Below, in pieces: positions 6,867-16,778 of a DNA stretch of 30,174 nucleotides. This stretch comes from Alphaproteobacteria bacterium. Its GTDB lineage: Bacteria; Pseudomonadota; Alphaproteobacteria; CACIAM-22H2. The stretch covers positions 1-30,174 of the forward strand of contig DATAAP010000334.1 in NCBI GenBank assembly GCA_036260035.1, written 5' to 3'. Position numbers and translations under genes: made by a program. How positions within the stretch are numbered: position 1 is the first letter of the stretch; each line of letters begins with the position of its first letter. Under the pieces are notes generated by a model, which was not told the origin of the DNA, searched no databases, and worked only from the letters and a program-made list of their open reading frames with translations.

Positions 6867-9800
6867 TCAATAATCCCACTTCCAATTGACGCCGACACCG
6901 GCCGACGCGCTGCCCAGGCTGCTCTCGACCGTCACATTCGGCGTGATCTCGACCTCAACCTTCGAGCGGGTCGAGTCGCTTTTCATGCCCTGCTCGACCC
7001 CTAGGAACACGCGATCGCTGACGTATTTCCCGGCCGTCGCCGTTGTTCCCGAGGGGTCGCCAGCGCCGCCCGGCGCGCCCGACGAGATGTCGAGCCGGTC
7101 GAGCCCGGTCGCTGTGCGGAGGCGGTCGAGGATGCCGGGGCCGCCGCCCGCCAGGGTGGCCGCAGCTTGCGCTAGCTCAAGCCCCTGAGCCGGAGTCATC
7201 TCGCCGACGCTGCGCCCGAACAGGACGCGCGACAGAACCTCGTCGTCCGGCATCTGGGGCTGGGAGGTCAGCTTGAGCGTCGGGTTGGACGCGGTGCCGC
7301 TTATCACCGCCTGCGCGATGATCGCCGCGGCGCGGTGCTCGGCCGTGATCGCAAGCTGCGGATCGATTCGCTCGCCGCCGACGAAGGTGATCGTGCTGTC
7401 GCTCAGCCGGAAGCGCTTGCCAAGCAGCGAGAAATCGCCGCGTACGGTCTCGAGCTTGCCCGTGAGGATCGGCTTGGCGGTCGTTCCAGCGACGCGCATG
7501 GCGCCGCGCCATTCGCTGTCCAGCCCGCGGCCGCGCACGAAGGCGCGAGCAGGGATTTCCACGTCGAGCGCCAGCGCGATCGCGGAGCCGCCGGATGCCT
7601 GATCCGGCTTCGACAGCACCTCGCCGCTGCGGCTATCGATCTCGACGACCGGCAGGCGCGGGATGGTCGGCGGCAGGCGCTCGGGGATGCGGATCTCCGC
7701 GCGATCGACGCGCAAGCGCCCAGACAGGGTCGCCGCGTCCGTGGTGCCGGTGAAGCGAAATTCGCCATCGCCGGTCGCGGTCACGTCGTCGCGCCGCATG
7801 AAGCCGAAATTTCCGAAGCGGGCCACCACTTCGAACTTCGTTTCGCCTCCGGCTAGGTCGAGCGAGCCGCTGCCGTTCAGGCTGCCTTTCGCGCCGTCGG
7901 ATGCCGTGAGGCCGCGCAGCGCGAAATGGCCGCCTTCGCCCGCGACCTCCCCGGCTAGATTCCTGATCTCGGTGCCTGCGGCAAAGTTGACGTAATGGCC
8001 GTCGCGGATCGTGAGCCGCCCACTCGGCTCGGGGGCAGCGGGCGTGCCGCCGATCGCGAGGTTGATCGAATAGCGACCGCCGAGCCGGTCCTCGCCGAGC
8101 GGCAGCAACGCGGCCCAGGGCTCGAGCCGTCCGTCGCCCTTTGCCGCGACACGTAGGGCACCGTCACGGACGAGCAAGGGCATTAGGCCGACCGGATCGA
8201 GTTTCAGCGGCAGCGTTCCGCTCAGATCAAGTTTCGTCCCGTCCGGAGCTGCGATCTGGCCGGTTGCTTCGAGGCGCTCGCCCTTCCAAGTGCCGATGCT
8301 GGTCAATGCGAGCGGCGGCAGTTCGCTGGCGGCAGCCATGCGCATGTCGCGCACGCTGAGTTCCATCTGGCCGTCGGGCTGCGCGGCCGTGGCGGCCATT
8401 CGGATCGTCGCGTCGAGCGCGCCGCTGACTCTCTGCGCCGGTGCCGCGAGCTCCACCAGCGCTAGTGGCATGTCGCGCAACTGTGCCTGCAGCGCGAGGC
8501 GGTTGCCCTCGCGCGACGCCGAGGCGGTTGCGCGGCCCTTGCCAACACTGATATCTAGCCCGTTCATCTTGAACCTGTTCGCGCCGAGCGCGAGCGTCAG
8601 CGGCGCATGACTTGCGATCGCGTGCTCGCCGATTAGCCCAGCAAGGCGCGTGACACGAATGCGTTGCTCGGCCCCGCCGATCGAGATCTCGCTTGCGCCG
8701 CTCAACCGCAGCGGCCGCGCATCGGCCGCCGGCCGCAACACGCCGCGCGCATCGAGGGAGACAGCGAACAGGTCGGGCTTCGTCGACTGACCGTTGGCAC
8801 GCAAGCTGTCGACGCGCAGATCGGGCAGGGTCACGGCGGATGCATCGACGCTCGCGCGTCCCGCCGGTCTGCCCAGCAGATCGCTGAGGTGTGCGTCGAT
8901 TCTAATTCGCTCGGCCGCGGCCTGAGCCGAATCGATATGCAGATTGCGTATCGAAGCGTCGATATCCGCGCGCTGCCCATCCTTCTCAACCAACGAAATC
9001 CGCGCATCGACCGCACCGGCAAGTGCCGTGCCGGCGAGCGGCGACCACCGTGACAGATCGGCGATGCGGGCAGTCAGCGTGCCGGAGGCGCCCGGGTGAC
9101 TGGTCCTGACCTTGAGCGCACCGGTCAGCTCGCTGCCGGGAGCGCGCACCGAGAGCTTCGGGACATCGACCGTTTCCCCACTGGTGCGGGCGAACGCGGC
9201 ATCGATGGTGGCATTCAGGGTGCCGGCGTTGAGCACAGCGGCCAATGTGCCGGCTGGCGACAGCGCGTCGCTGAGCGCGATTTTGGCGCTGAGCCGATCC
9301 AGCCGCTGCTTGCCGAAGCGCAGGTCGTGCGCAACAGCGTCGATGTCGGCCGTTGGGTTCTCGACCGACCCCGTGAGGTGTGCCTGGACGCTCGCGGCGC
9401 CTGTCATCGGTGCGCCGAGCGGATCCGAGAGCACGTCGAGCCGCGGTGCTTCGATTCTAGCGCGGGCTTCGAGCGTGGAAAGATCGGCAGTGGTTGTGGC
9501 GCTCGCCGATGCGGTGACATGCGCGCCGGCGATGGCGAGAGCCTCGACCGCAAGCGCGCCGTCGGCCGCGCGCCGCACCGTTGCATTCAGATCGGGCCGT
9601 GCGCCGATCAACGAGTCGAGGACGGCAACTCCGGTTGCGAGGTCTTGGCTCCGCCCCGTGATCCGCGCGACCACGGCACCGGCATCGAGTTCGACCTCCG
9701 AGGCAAGCGATAGGCTGCCGCTCAGCGGAATTCCGGCGGCGTCCCGCCAACGCGCCAGATCGGGCGCGTGCAGATTTATGGAGGCATGGCCGCGCGGCGT

Positions 9801-11198
9801 AGCGGACAGATCCTCGGCGATTCCGCTGGCCGCAATTGCCACGCCCCCGCCGCGCAGATCGAGACGCTCGAGCGTGAGGCGCCCTGCGCTTTCGTCAAAC
9901 TGCGTCGCCACGGCCCATTCGATCGCGTGCGGCAGTCCTGGCCGGGTAACAGGCCACACAAAGCCGGTCGCTTCGCCTGAGCCATGCAGCGACCATGTCG
10001 CTTGGCGGCGCTCGCCGCGGAGCTTTGCCGTTAGCTGATCCGCGTCGATCGGCCCACCAAACTGCGTCGCCGTCAGCGTGACCTCGACATGCGGCGAATC
10101 GGGCGTGCCGCGCGCATCGAGCCGCATGCCGGCGGCGCCGCGCAGGGGCAGATTGAACGCCACGCCGAGCGGCTTCAGGTCAGGGGCGACCGTATGGGCC
10201 GTCCCGGTGAATTGCGCTGTGCGACGGTCGAACGCGCCGGACGCGGTGACGGTTGCGATGCCGCTGTCGATCGTCAGGCGCTCGATCGCGAGCCGCGTGT
10301 CGACGACTTCGAACGCGCTTGTTATCCGCACCGGCGTCAGCAGCTCTTTGAGCGGCGGCGGCAGCAGCCCTTTCGCCGAAACCGTGCCATCGCTGGTCAC
10401 ATGCAGCGCATCGCGCTGCGCCAGCGACACTGCGGTCTCGATGCGCGCTTCCGCGCCGGCGTCGATCACGATTCTGCCGCGCCAATCCTCCAGGGCGCCG
10501 TCGCCATGAACAGCGATGCGCAGCGGTACCGGGTCCGCTCGGGCGAGCACACGTTGCAGCACCGTTCCCGACGGCTCAGCCGCATCGAGGTGCAGTGCGA
10601 GCGACCGGTCGCGGCTCAGATGGAAATCCAGGCGCGCATGCCCCGCGCCGTCGGTCCGTTCGACGGTAAGCTGCGCCATGGCCTCGTTGCCGGTGAGTGC
10701 GCCTCGTGCCGACAGCGCGAATGTCATCGCCTCGCCAGCAAGGGATTCGCCGAGCTGCAAGCGGTCGATGGTGATTGCGTCCGCGGCCACGCGCACCGGC
10801 AAGCGCGGCAGGGAAAAGGACTCCGGGTCCGACGGCCGCTGCTCTGGCTGCCCTTGTGGCGACCGCGACACCGTCACGCTTGCGGCCGACAGGCGGCGGA
10901 GAGTGAACTGACCCGTCAGCAGATCCCGTAGCCTCAGCTCGAGCGCTGCGTCCTCGATAGCGAGCCATACCCCCGCCTTGTCCGCCGCTTCAATGGTCTC
11001 GACATGCAGCCGAGAAGGCACGAAGCCGCTGATTCCAGTGATAATCAGGCTGCTATTGCTGGACGACAGGGCGCGCGACAGCGAGGCGGCGAGCCAGGTG
11101 CGGCCAGCGTCTGTCTGAAGGGCGGCAAGCCCCGCCAGAGCGGCCACTGCCAACAGCAGCGCAACAGCACCGAGAACACGAAACGACCGCCGCAGCAC
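6867..11198 (-). CDS. tamB: Translocation and assembly module subunit TamB (AsmA-like, DUF490 C-terminus; 1443 aa)
   Basis: N-terminal TM anchor, long beta-taco-like body, and a DUF490-type end (RGRGLDSEWRG, GKRFRL, GKYVSDRVFLGVEQ, GVGVNWKWDY). Downstream of tamA. Confidence 0.93.
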   Translation of the reverse strand: MLRRSFRVLGAVALLLAVAALAGLAALQTDAGRTWLAASLSRALSSSNSSLIITGISGFVPSRLHVETIEAADKAGVWLAIEDAALELRLRDLLTGQFTLRRLSAASVTVSRSPQGQPEQRPSDPESFSLPRLPVRVAADAITIDRLQLGESLAGEAMTFALSARGALTGNEAMAQLTVERTDGAGHARLDFHLSRDRSLALHLDAAEPSGTVLQRVLARADPVPLRIAVHGDGALEDWRGRIVIDAGAEARIETAVSLAQRDALHVTSDGTVSAKGLLPPPLKELLTPVRITSAFEVVDTRLAIERLTIDSGIATVTASGAFDRRTAQFTGTAHTVAPDLKPLGVAFNLPLRGAAGMRLDARGTPDSPHVEVTLTATQFGGPIDADQLTAKLRGERRQATWSLHGSGEATGFVWPVTRPGLPHAIEWAVATQFDESAGRLTLERLDLRGGGVAIAASGIAEDLSATPRGHASINLHAPDLARWRDAAGIPLSGSLSLASEVELDAGAVVARITGRSQDLATGVAVLDSLIGARPDLNATVRRAADGALAVEALAIAGAHVTASASATTTADLSTLEARARIEAPRLDVLSDPLGAPMTGAASVQAHLTGSVENPTADIDAVAHDLRFGKQRLDRLSAKIALSDALSPAGTLAAVLNAGTLNATIDAAFARTSGETVDVPKLSVRAPGSELTGALKVRTSHPGASGTLTARIADLSRWSPLAGTALAGAVDARISLVEKDGQRADIDASIRNLHIDSAQAAAERIRIDAHLSDLLGRPAGRASVDASAVTLPDLRVDSLRANGQSTKPDLFAVSLDARGVLRPAADARPLRLSGASEISIGGAEQRIRVTRLAGLIGEHAIASHAPLTLALGANRFKMNGLDISVGKGRATASASREGNRLALQAQLRDMPLALVELAAPAQRVSGALDATIRMAATAAQPDGQMELSVRDMRMAAASELPPLALTSIGTWKGERLEATGQIAAPDGTKLDLSGTLPLKLDPVGLMPLLVRDGALRVAAKGDGRLEPWAALLPLGEDRLGGRYSINLAIGGTPAAPEPSGRLTIRDGHYVNFAAGTEIRNLAGEVAGEGGHFALRGLTASDGAKGSLNGSGSLDLAGGETKFEVVARFGNFGFMRRDDVTATGDGEFRFTGTTDAATLSGRLRVDRAEIRIPERLPPTIPRLPVVEIDSRSGEVLSKPDQASGGSAIALALDVEIPARAFVRGRGLDSEWRGAMRVAGTTAKPILTGKLETVRGDFSLLGKRFRLSDSTITFVGGERIDPQLAITAEHRAAAIIAQAVISGTASNPTLKLTSQPQMPDDEVLSRVLFGRSVGEMTPAQGLELAQAAATLAGGGPGILDRLRTATGLDRLDISSGAPGGAGDPSGTTATAGKYVSDRVFLGVEQGMKSDSTRSKVEVEITPNVTVESSLGSASAGVGVNWKWDY

Positions 11199-11236
11199 GA
11201 TATCTAGTCCTGCCCTTATGGCATCGGATACAACGC

Positions 11237-12997
11237 CTAAAACGCCTGACCGATGCTCACGTAGATCTGGAATGAATCGTCTTCCGGCCGCTTATTCAAG
11301 GGGACGCCGACATCGAACCGCACCGGTCCGATCGGGGTGTAGTAGCGGAGACCGACCCCCGTGCCATAGCGTAACCCGTCGCCCGGGCGCGGAAGGGTGG
11401 TTTCATAGACATTGCCAGCCTCGAGGAAGGGGACGACGCCGATCGTCTCCGTGACTTTGATCCGCAGCTCGACGCCCAGCTCCAGCGACGAGCGGCCGCC
11501 GATCGGATTTCCGGCGGCGTCGAGCGGCCCGGCCTTCTGGAAGCCATAGCCCCGCACCGAGCCGCCGCCGCCGACATACAACCGCTTGTCCTCAGGCAGG
11601 GCGTCGCGCGACTCGCCGATGATCGAGCCCACGGCGGCATAGCCGGCAAGGACGTAGTCGCGCCGGTCATCGAGGGCGCGGTAGGCGCTGCCGAGCAGGC
11701 GCGAAGACAAGAAACGGAGGCCGGTACCGGCATACGGCGTGGTCGTCAGGCTCTGGCGCGAGCCCTCGGTAGGATCGAGCAGATTGTCTGTCACATCGCG
11801 ACGGAGGAAGAGCGGCAGACCGAACAGGGTGTAGTCGAAAGTGCCGTCCGACTCCTCGATGTGCGTGCGCTCGACCTGTGCGCCGGCGCCGCCCGTCCAG
11901 ATGTCGCTGAACCGCTGTTCAAGCCCGCTGAAAAGGAGGGCCCGGCGCCGATTGTACGCCTCGAGCTCCTCGTCCTCGGCGAGCGCCGTTGCGACGAAAT
12001 CCCGATCTATGGCGAAGAGATCGGGGCGCCGGAAGTCGCCTTGCAGGGCGTGCCGCTTCTCGCCGGTCTCGGCCGTCGTGCGCAGGCGCTCCGCACCGCC
12101 GAACAGATTGCGGTGCTCCCAATAGGCACGCGCGGACAGGCCGAGCGAGGTATCATAGTTGAGCCCGACGGCGATCGATCGTGGCGGCCGCTCCGCGACC
12201 TCGATGATCATCGGGATGCGCCCTTCGCCATCGACGGTCTCGGCCGCGCGGACGCGCACTGTCGCGAACAGGCCGCTCGCGACCAGATCCTTGCGTGTGC
12301 GCTCGACGAAACGCACGTCGTACGGGTTGCCCTCGACCCAAGCAACGCGACGTCGCACATAATCGGGATCGACGTCGCTCGTGCCGGTGACGGTCAGCGG
12401 GCCGAAGGTCGCGATCGGGCCGACATCGACAAAGTAGGTCACGTCCATGGTCTTGGTCGCCTTATCGACCTCAACCCGCCGCTTGCTGATCTTCGCCAAG
12501 GGGAAGCCATGCTCCGCAAGCACGCGGACGATCTTCGGTTCGGCATCGAGCACCGGCTTCGACAGGGCTGGCCCGCCGAGTTTGAGCCCGAAGGCGAGCG
12601 GGGCGTAGCGCTGCAACAGGGGCGGGGGCGTGCCCTCCTCGCTCGTCAAAGTGACCATCGATAGCGTGTAGCGGACGCCGGACTCGATGGTCACGCGCAC
12701 GCGCGCCGGGTCGGCGCTGTCGTCAATTGCGAAAGCGATGGTCGCGTCGTAGTAGCCGTTCGCACGGAGCGCCGCATCCAGCCGCTCGCGATCGGCTTCC
12801 GCGCGCCGCCGCAGCGCCAGCAGGGAGTCCGGCTTGCGGTCTTCCTGCTGCACGAGTTGCGAGGCCTCGCGGAGATCGCGCGCCAACGCCTTGTCTTCGA
12901 CGCCGACGATCTCAGTGCGATAGGCGATATCGGCGGCGACCGGGGGCGCCGCGGCCGCGCAGAACAGCAAAACCATTGCGAGAAACGCGCGCCTCAT
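11237..12997 (-). CDS. tamA: Omp85-family outer-membrane protein TamA (about 586 aa)
   Basis: Signal peptide MRRAFLAMVLLFCAAAA (RBS GGGAGA), POTRA region, Omp85 motif GGGSVRGYGF, LRYYTPIGPVRFD and terminal YVSIGQAF. Confidence 0.95.
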   Translation of the reverse strand: MRRAFLAMVLLFCAAAAPPVAADIAYRTEIVGVEDKALARDLREASQLVQQEDRKPDSLLALRRRAEADRERLDAALRANGYYDATIAFAIDDSADPARVRVTIESGVRYTLSMVTLTSEEGTPPPLLQRYAPLAFGLKLGGPALSKPVLDAEPKIVRVLAEHGFPLAKISKRRVEVDKATKTMDVTYFVDVGPIATFGPLTVTGTSDVDPDYVRRRVAWVEGNPYDVRFVERTRKDLVASGLFATVRVRAAETVDGEGRIPMIIEVAERPPRSIAVGLNYDTSLGLSARAYWEHRNLFGGAERLRTTAETGEKRHALQGDFRRPDLFAIDRDFVATALAEDEELEAYNRRRALLFSGLEQRFSDIWTGGAGAQVERTHIEESDGTFDYTLFGLPLFLRRDVTDNLLDPTEGSRQSLTTTPYAGTGLRFLSSRLLGSAYRALDDRRDYVLAGYAAVGSIIGESRDALPEDKRLYVGGGGSVRGYGFQKAGPLDAAGNPIGGRSSLELGVELRIKVTETIGVVPFLEAGNVYETTLPRPGDGLRYGTGVGLRYYTPIGPVRFDVGVPLNKRPEDDSFQIYVSIGQAF

Positions 12998-13121
12998 CCC
13001 CGCATCTCCCATCGCGGCGGCGGCACGCCGCGTTCTCCCGCGCTCACGCAATCGAGCATGCCAGCCCTGCCGCGCCATGCGTTGACCCCCCGGACCGCAG
13101 GCCATAGGGTCCTGCCGAAAC

Positions 13122-14405
13122 ATGGCGCCGCAAATCAGCTCTGCGCAACAGTCCGTTGCTACCGGTCACGTGGCGGGTGGTTCATGGCGGCCGCTGCTCG
13201 CCTGGGCGCTCGCCTCCCTGTTCTTCTGCTACGGCTTCGTGCAGCGCGTCTCGCCCAGCGTGATGGTCGAGGAGCTGATGCGCGATTTCGCGGTCAGTGC
13301 CACCATCCTCGGCAACCTGTCGGCATTCTATTTCTATGCCTACGCCGCCCTGCAGGTCCCGGTGGGGCTGCTGATGGACCGCATCGGGCCGCGGCGGCTG
13401 ATGACCGCGGCGGCGGCGGTCGCGGCGGCGGGAAGCCTGATCTTTGCCGCCAGCGAGGCGATCGCCGGCGCCTATGTTGGGCGGCTGCTGATCGGCGCGG
13501 GCGCGGCTTTCAGTTGGGTCGGGGTGCTGACCATCCTAACGCAGTGGTTCCCGGCGCGGCGATTCGCCCTGTTCACCGGCATGGCGCAGGCGATGGGGAT
13601 GGCCGGCGCCATTTTCGGCCAGACGCCGCTTGCCGTTTCCGTGGAGCAGGCCGGCTGGCGCATGACTGTCGTCGTTATCGCCGGAATCGGGCTCGCGATC
13701 GCGATCGGCATGTGGCTGGTGGTGCGCGACAAGCCGCACGCCTCGGCCTCCTCTGCGGGGATCCTCGCGAGCCTCAAGGTTCTGCTGAGCAATCGCGAAA
13801 CCTGGCTCAATGCCGTGTTTGGCTTGGCGATGACGGCGCCGATGCTGGCCTTCGCTGCGCTCTGGGCGGTGCCGTATCTCACAACCGTGTATGGCATCGA
13901 GCGGTCTGCCGCGACCGGCGTCCTGTCCTTCATGTTCGCGGGCTGGGCGATCGGCGCGCCATTCATGGGCTGGCTGTCCGACCGCATCGGCGCGCGCCGG
14001 CCGGTCATGATCGTCGGCGCTTTGATCAACGTGATCACTTACCTCGTTGTGATCCAGCTGCCGTCGCTGCCGCTCGCTGCGGTGAGCGCCATCATCCTCG
14101 TCCACGGCGTCGGCGCCTCGGCGATGGTGCTCGGCTTCGCCGCCGTGCGCGAGCACAATCCGCCGGAGATGAGCAGCACCGCGATGGGCATCGTCAATGT
14201 GGCGGTGATCGGCAGCGGTGCGATCTTTCAGCCACTGGTCGGCTGGCTACTGGACCTACAATGGAGCGGAGAGCTCGGCGCCGGCGTGCGGGTCTACAGC
14301 GCCGAGGCGTTCCGCATTGCGCTCAGCGTCCTTTCCGTCGCGGGCATCGGCGGGCTGTGCGCCACCCTCCTGATGAAGGAAAGCCTCGCCCGCCGACCCG
14401 CTTGA
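13122..14405 (+). CDS. MFS transporter (427 aa)
   Basis: About 12 hydrophobic segments; MFS motif A in both halves (GLLMDRIGPRR; GWLSDRIGARR). Exact start uncertain because the RBS is weak. Confidence 0.92.
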   Translation: MAPQISSAQQSVATGHVAGGSWRPLLAWALASLFFCYGFVQRVSPSVMVEELMRDFAVSATILGNLSAFYFYAYAALQVPVGLLMDRIGPRRLMTAAAAVAAAGSLIFAASEAIAGAYVGRLLIGAGAAFSWVGVLTILTQWFPARRFALFTGMAQAMGMAGAIFGQTPLAVSVEQAGWRMTVVVIAGIGLAIAIGMWLVVRDKPHASASSAGILASLKVLLSNRETWLNAVFGLAMTAPMLAFAALWAVPYLTTVYGIERSAATGVLSFMFAGWAIGAPFMGWLSDRIGARRPVMIVGALINVITYLVVIQLPSLPLAAVSAIILVHGVGASAMVLGFAAVREHNPPEMSSTAMGIVNVAVIGSGAIFQPLVGWLLDLQWSGELGAGVRVYSAEAFRIALSVLSVAGIGGLCATLLMKESLARRPA

Positions 14406-14408
14406 GGA

Positions 14409-15101
14409 TCACGCGAGATCGAACAGCACGATCTCCGCGTCTTCCTGCGCGACAATCTTCAGCGACGGCTCTTTGCTCACGGCGGCGCCGTCGCCCTGAC
14501 GCAGGGCCTGCCCGTTCAGCGTGACCGCGCCGCGCGCGACCTGCACCCACATATGCCGGTCCGGCGCCGGCGCGAAGTCGACCGCATCGCCCGTGCGCAG
14601 CACGGCGGCGTGGATGTCGACGTCCTGGTGCACGGTGATCGAACCGTCACGGCCGTCGCGCGAGCCAACTAGGCGGAGCGCGCCGGGCTGCTTCGCAAAG
14701 GATTTCTGCTCGTAGCCCGGCGGCAGGCCGTCCTTCTCCGGCAAGATCCAGATCTGCAGGAAGTGCAACGGCTCGTCCTCCGAGTGGTTGAACTCGCTAT
14801 GCCGGATGCCCGTGCCCGCGGTCATACGCTGGACTTCGCCCGGCCGGATCACGGACCCGGTGCCGAGACTGTCCTTGTGTGCGATCGCACCGTCGAGGAC
14901 ATAGGTCACGATCTCCATGTTCCGGTGGCCGTGGGTCGGAAAGCCGGCGCCGGGCACGACGCGGTCCTCGTTGATCACGCGCAGGGCGCGGAAGCCCATG
15001 TGGCGCGGATCGAAATACTCCCCGAACGAGAACGTGTGCCGGCTGTCCAGCCAGTCGATCTCGGTGCGGCCGCGCTCGGCGGCAGGGCGGATGGCGATCA
15101 T
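14409..15101 (-). CDS. Pirin family protein (bicupin, YhhW-like; 230 aa)
   Basis: DSRHTFSFG, GFRALRVINED, HGHRNMEIVTY, MTAGTGIRHSE and FLQIW. RBS AAGGAG before the ATG at 15101. Confidence 0.95.
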   Translation of the reverse strand: MIAIRPAAERGRTEIDWLDSRHTFSFGEYFDPRHMGFRALRVINEDRVVPGAGFPTHGHRNMEIVTYVLDGAIAHKDSLGTGSVIRPGEVQRMTAGTGIRHSEFNHSEDEPLHFLQIWILPEKDGLPPGYEQKSFAKQPGALRLVGSRDGRDGSITVHQDVDIHAAVLRTGDAVDFAPAPDRHMWVQVARGAVTLNGQALRQGDGAAVSKEPSLKIVAQEDAEIVLFDLA

Positions 15102-15121
15102 GTTTCGCTCCTTTCGTCTCG

Positions 15122-15775
15122 TCAGGCCGCCACGCGCGAGGCGGGCTGGCCGTGGACCATGGTGTATGCGTACTCGACGCCCATGCCGTAGGCGCCGGAA
15201 TGCTGCTTCACGATATCGATAACGGCATCGTAGGTATCCTTGCGGGCCCAGTCGCGCTGGTATTCGAGCAGCACCTGCTGCCACGTGACCGGGATGACGC
15301 CGGCCTGGATCATGCGCTGCATCGCCCAGTTATGCGCCTCCAGGGTCGTGCCGCCGGAGGCGTCCGCGACCGCATAAACGTCGTACCCGGCGGCGACCGC
15401 CTCGAGGGCCGGGAAGGCAAGGCAGACCTCGGTCCACAATGCCGCGATCACCAGCTTCTTGCGGCCGAGGCGCTCGATCTCGGCGCGGAAACCCGCGTCC
15501 TCCCACGAATTCATGCTCGTGCGCTCGATCGGCGTCTTGCCGGGAAACACGTTGAGCAGCTGCGGCCACATCGCGCCGCTGAAGCTCTTGGTTTCGACCG
15601 TGGTGAGGAGCACCGGGACGTCGAACGCTTTGGCGGTCTTCGCCAGGGCCACCGTGTTGTTGAGCAGCGTCTGACGGTCGATCGACGTCACGCCAAACGC
15701 CATCTGCGGCTGGTGGTCGATGAAGATGACCGTGGAATTCGCGGGGGCGAGAAGCTCGTGCTTGCCTGTGGCCAT
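15122..15775 (-). CDS. ycaC: Isochorismatase-like cysteine hydrolase, YcaC-type (217 aa)
   Basis: IDHQPQM (catalytic Asp), ERTSMNSW (Arg), LWTEVCLAFP (catalytic Cys) and ELQRDW-like EYQRDW. RBS AGGAGG. Confidence 0.92.
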   Translation of the reverse strand: MATGKHELLAPANSTVIFIDHQPQMAFGVTSIDRQTLLNNTVALAKTAKAFDVPVLLTTVETKSFSGAMWPQLLNVFPGKTPIERTSMNSWEDAGFRAEIERLGRKKLVIAALWTEVCLAFPALEAVAAGYDVYAVADASGGTTLEAHNWAMQRMIQAGVIPVTWQQVLLEYQRDWARKDTYDAVIDIVKQHSGAYGMGVEYAYTMVHGQPASRVAA

Positions 15776-15823
15776 GGGTGCCTCCTGTTTCGGTGCTGCA
15801 GAAGATAGGCGCCCGCTTTGTGT

Positions 15824-15871
15824 ATGATAATGAAGGTAATCGTGTTATCATTGTCTCCAATTCGAGAACAA
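15824..15871. promoter_or_regulatory. Putative LysR operator region between ycaC and lysR
   Basis: AT-rich intergenic region with a perfect inverted repeat ATGATAA-N14-TTATCAT (15824-15851) abutting TTGT-N13-ACAA (15851-15871). Confidence 0.5.
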
Positions 15872-15875
15872 AGTC

Positions 15876-16778
15876 GTGGACCGATTCGAGAATCTGAAAG
15901 CTTTCATCCGCGTCGCCGAGACTCGCAGCTTCTCAGAAGCGGCGCGGCAACTCCGGCTGTCCAAATCCGTTGTGGCTAAGCGCGTCGGGCAGCTTGAGCG
16001 CCAGCTCGAAGTGCGGCTTTTTCATCGCACCACGCGGCAGGTCCGCCTCACCGAGTCAGGCTCTGCCTACTATGCGCGCGCTGTGCCGCTGATCGCCGAG
16101 CTCGAGGATATGGACAGCGCCGTTGGCAGGGAGAAGGCCGAGCCGCGCGGCGAGCTGCGCGTCTCTTCGCCGACCTCCTTCGGCACGCTGCATCTCGGCC
16201 CCGCGCTGTGCGATCTGCAGAAGCAATATCCGCGGCTGAACATCGAGCTGGTGTTGAACGACCGCGTGGTGAACCCGGTCAATGAGGGCTTCGATGTGGC
16301 GCTGCAGGACGCCCCGGCCTCGTCGCCGCTGCTGATCGAGCGCCGGATCGCGCCAATGCGGCGGGTCGTCTGCGCGTCGCCGGGCTATCTGCGCGGGCGT
16401 GGGACGCCGCGGCATCCGCTCGATCTCACGGAGCATGATTGCATCCAGTACAGTTTCCTGCAGACCGGCAATGTCTGGGTTTTCGAAGGCCGCAAGGGCA
16501 GGACGACGGTCGCGGTGAAGCCGCGCTTCACCACGAATAGCGGGCAGGTGATGCGCGATGCCGCCCTGCGCGGCAACGGCGTGGCGCTGCTGCCGACTCT
16601 GCTGGTCGGTCCGGACCTGCGCCGCAAGCGCCTGGTGGCGGTCCTCGGCGAGTGGTCGCCGCCCGAATTGTGGATCTCCGCCGTCTATCCGCAAACCCAC
16701 CGCGCGGCGCTCAAAGTGCGGCTGCTGATCGATTTCCTGCTGAAGCGGTTCGGGGAGATTCCCCCGTGGGACCGCTAG
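15876..16778 (+). CDS. LysR-family transcriptional regulator (CrgA/DmlR-like, 300 aa)
   Basis: HTH motif SFSEAARQLRLSKSVVAKRVGQLERQLEVRLFHRTTR, plus GELRVSSP, EGFDVAL and KVRLLIDFL. Divergent from ycaC-pirin. Confidence 0.96.
   Translation: MDRFENLKAFIRVAETRSFSEAARQLRLSKSVVAKRVGQLERQLEVRLFHRTTRQVRLTESGSAYYARAVPLIAELEDMDSAVGREKAEPRGELRVSSPTSFGTLHLGPALCDLQKQYPRLNIELVLNDRVVNPVNEGFDVALQDAPASSPLLIERRIAPMRRVVCASPGYLRGRGTPRHPLDLTEHDCIQYSFLQTGNVWVFEGRKGRTTVAVKPRFTTNSGQVMRDAALRGNGVALLPTLLVGPDLRRKRLVAVLGEWSPPELWISAVYPQTHRAALKVRLLIDFLLKRFGEIPPWDR

Noticed and set aside
12998-13123. 42-aa N-terminal extension of TamA overlapping the MFS start
   Set aside because: A signal peptide and RBS begin at 12997; the extension is Arg-rich noise.
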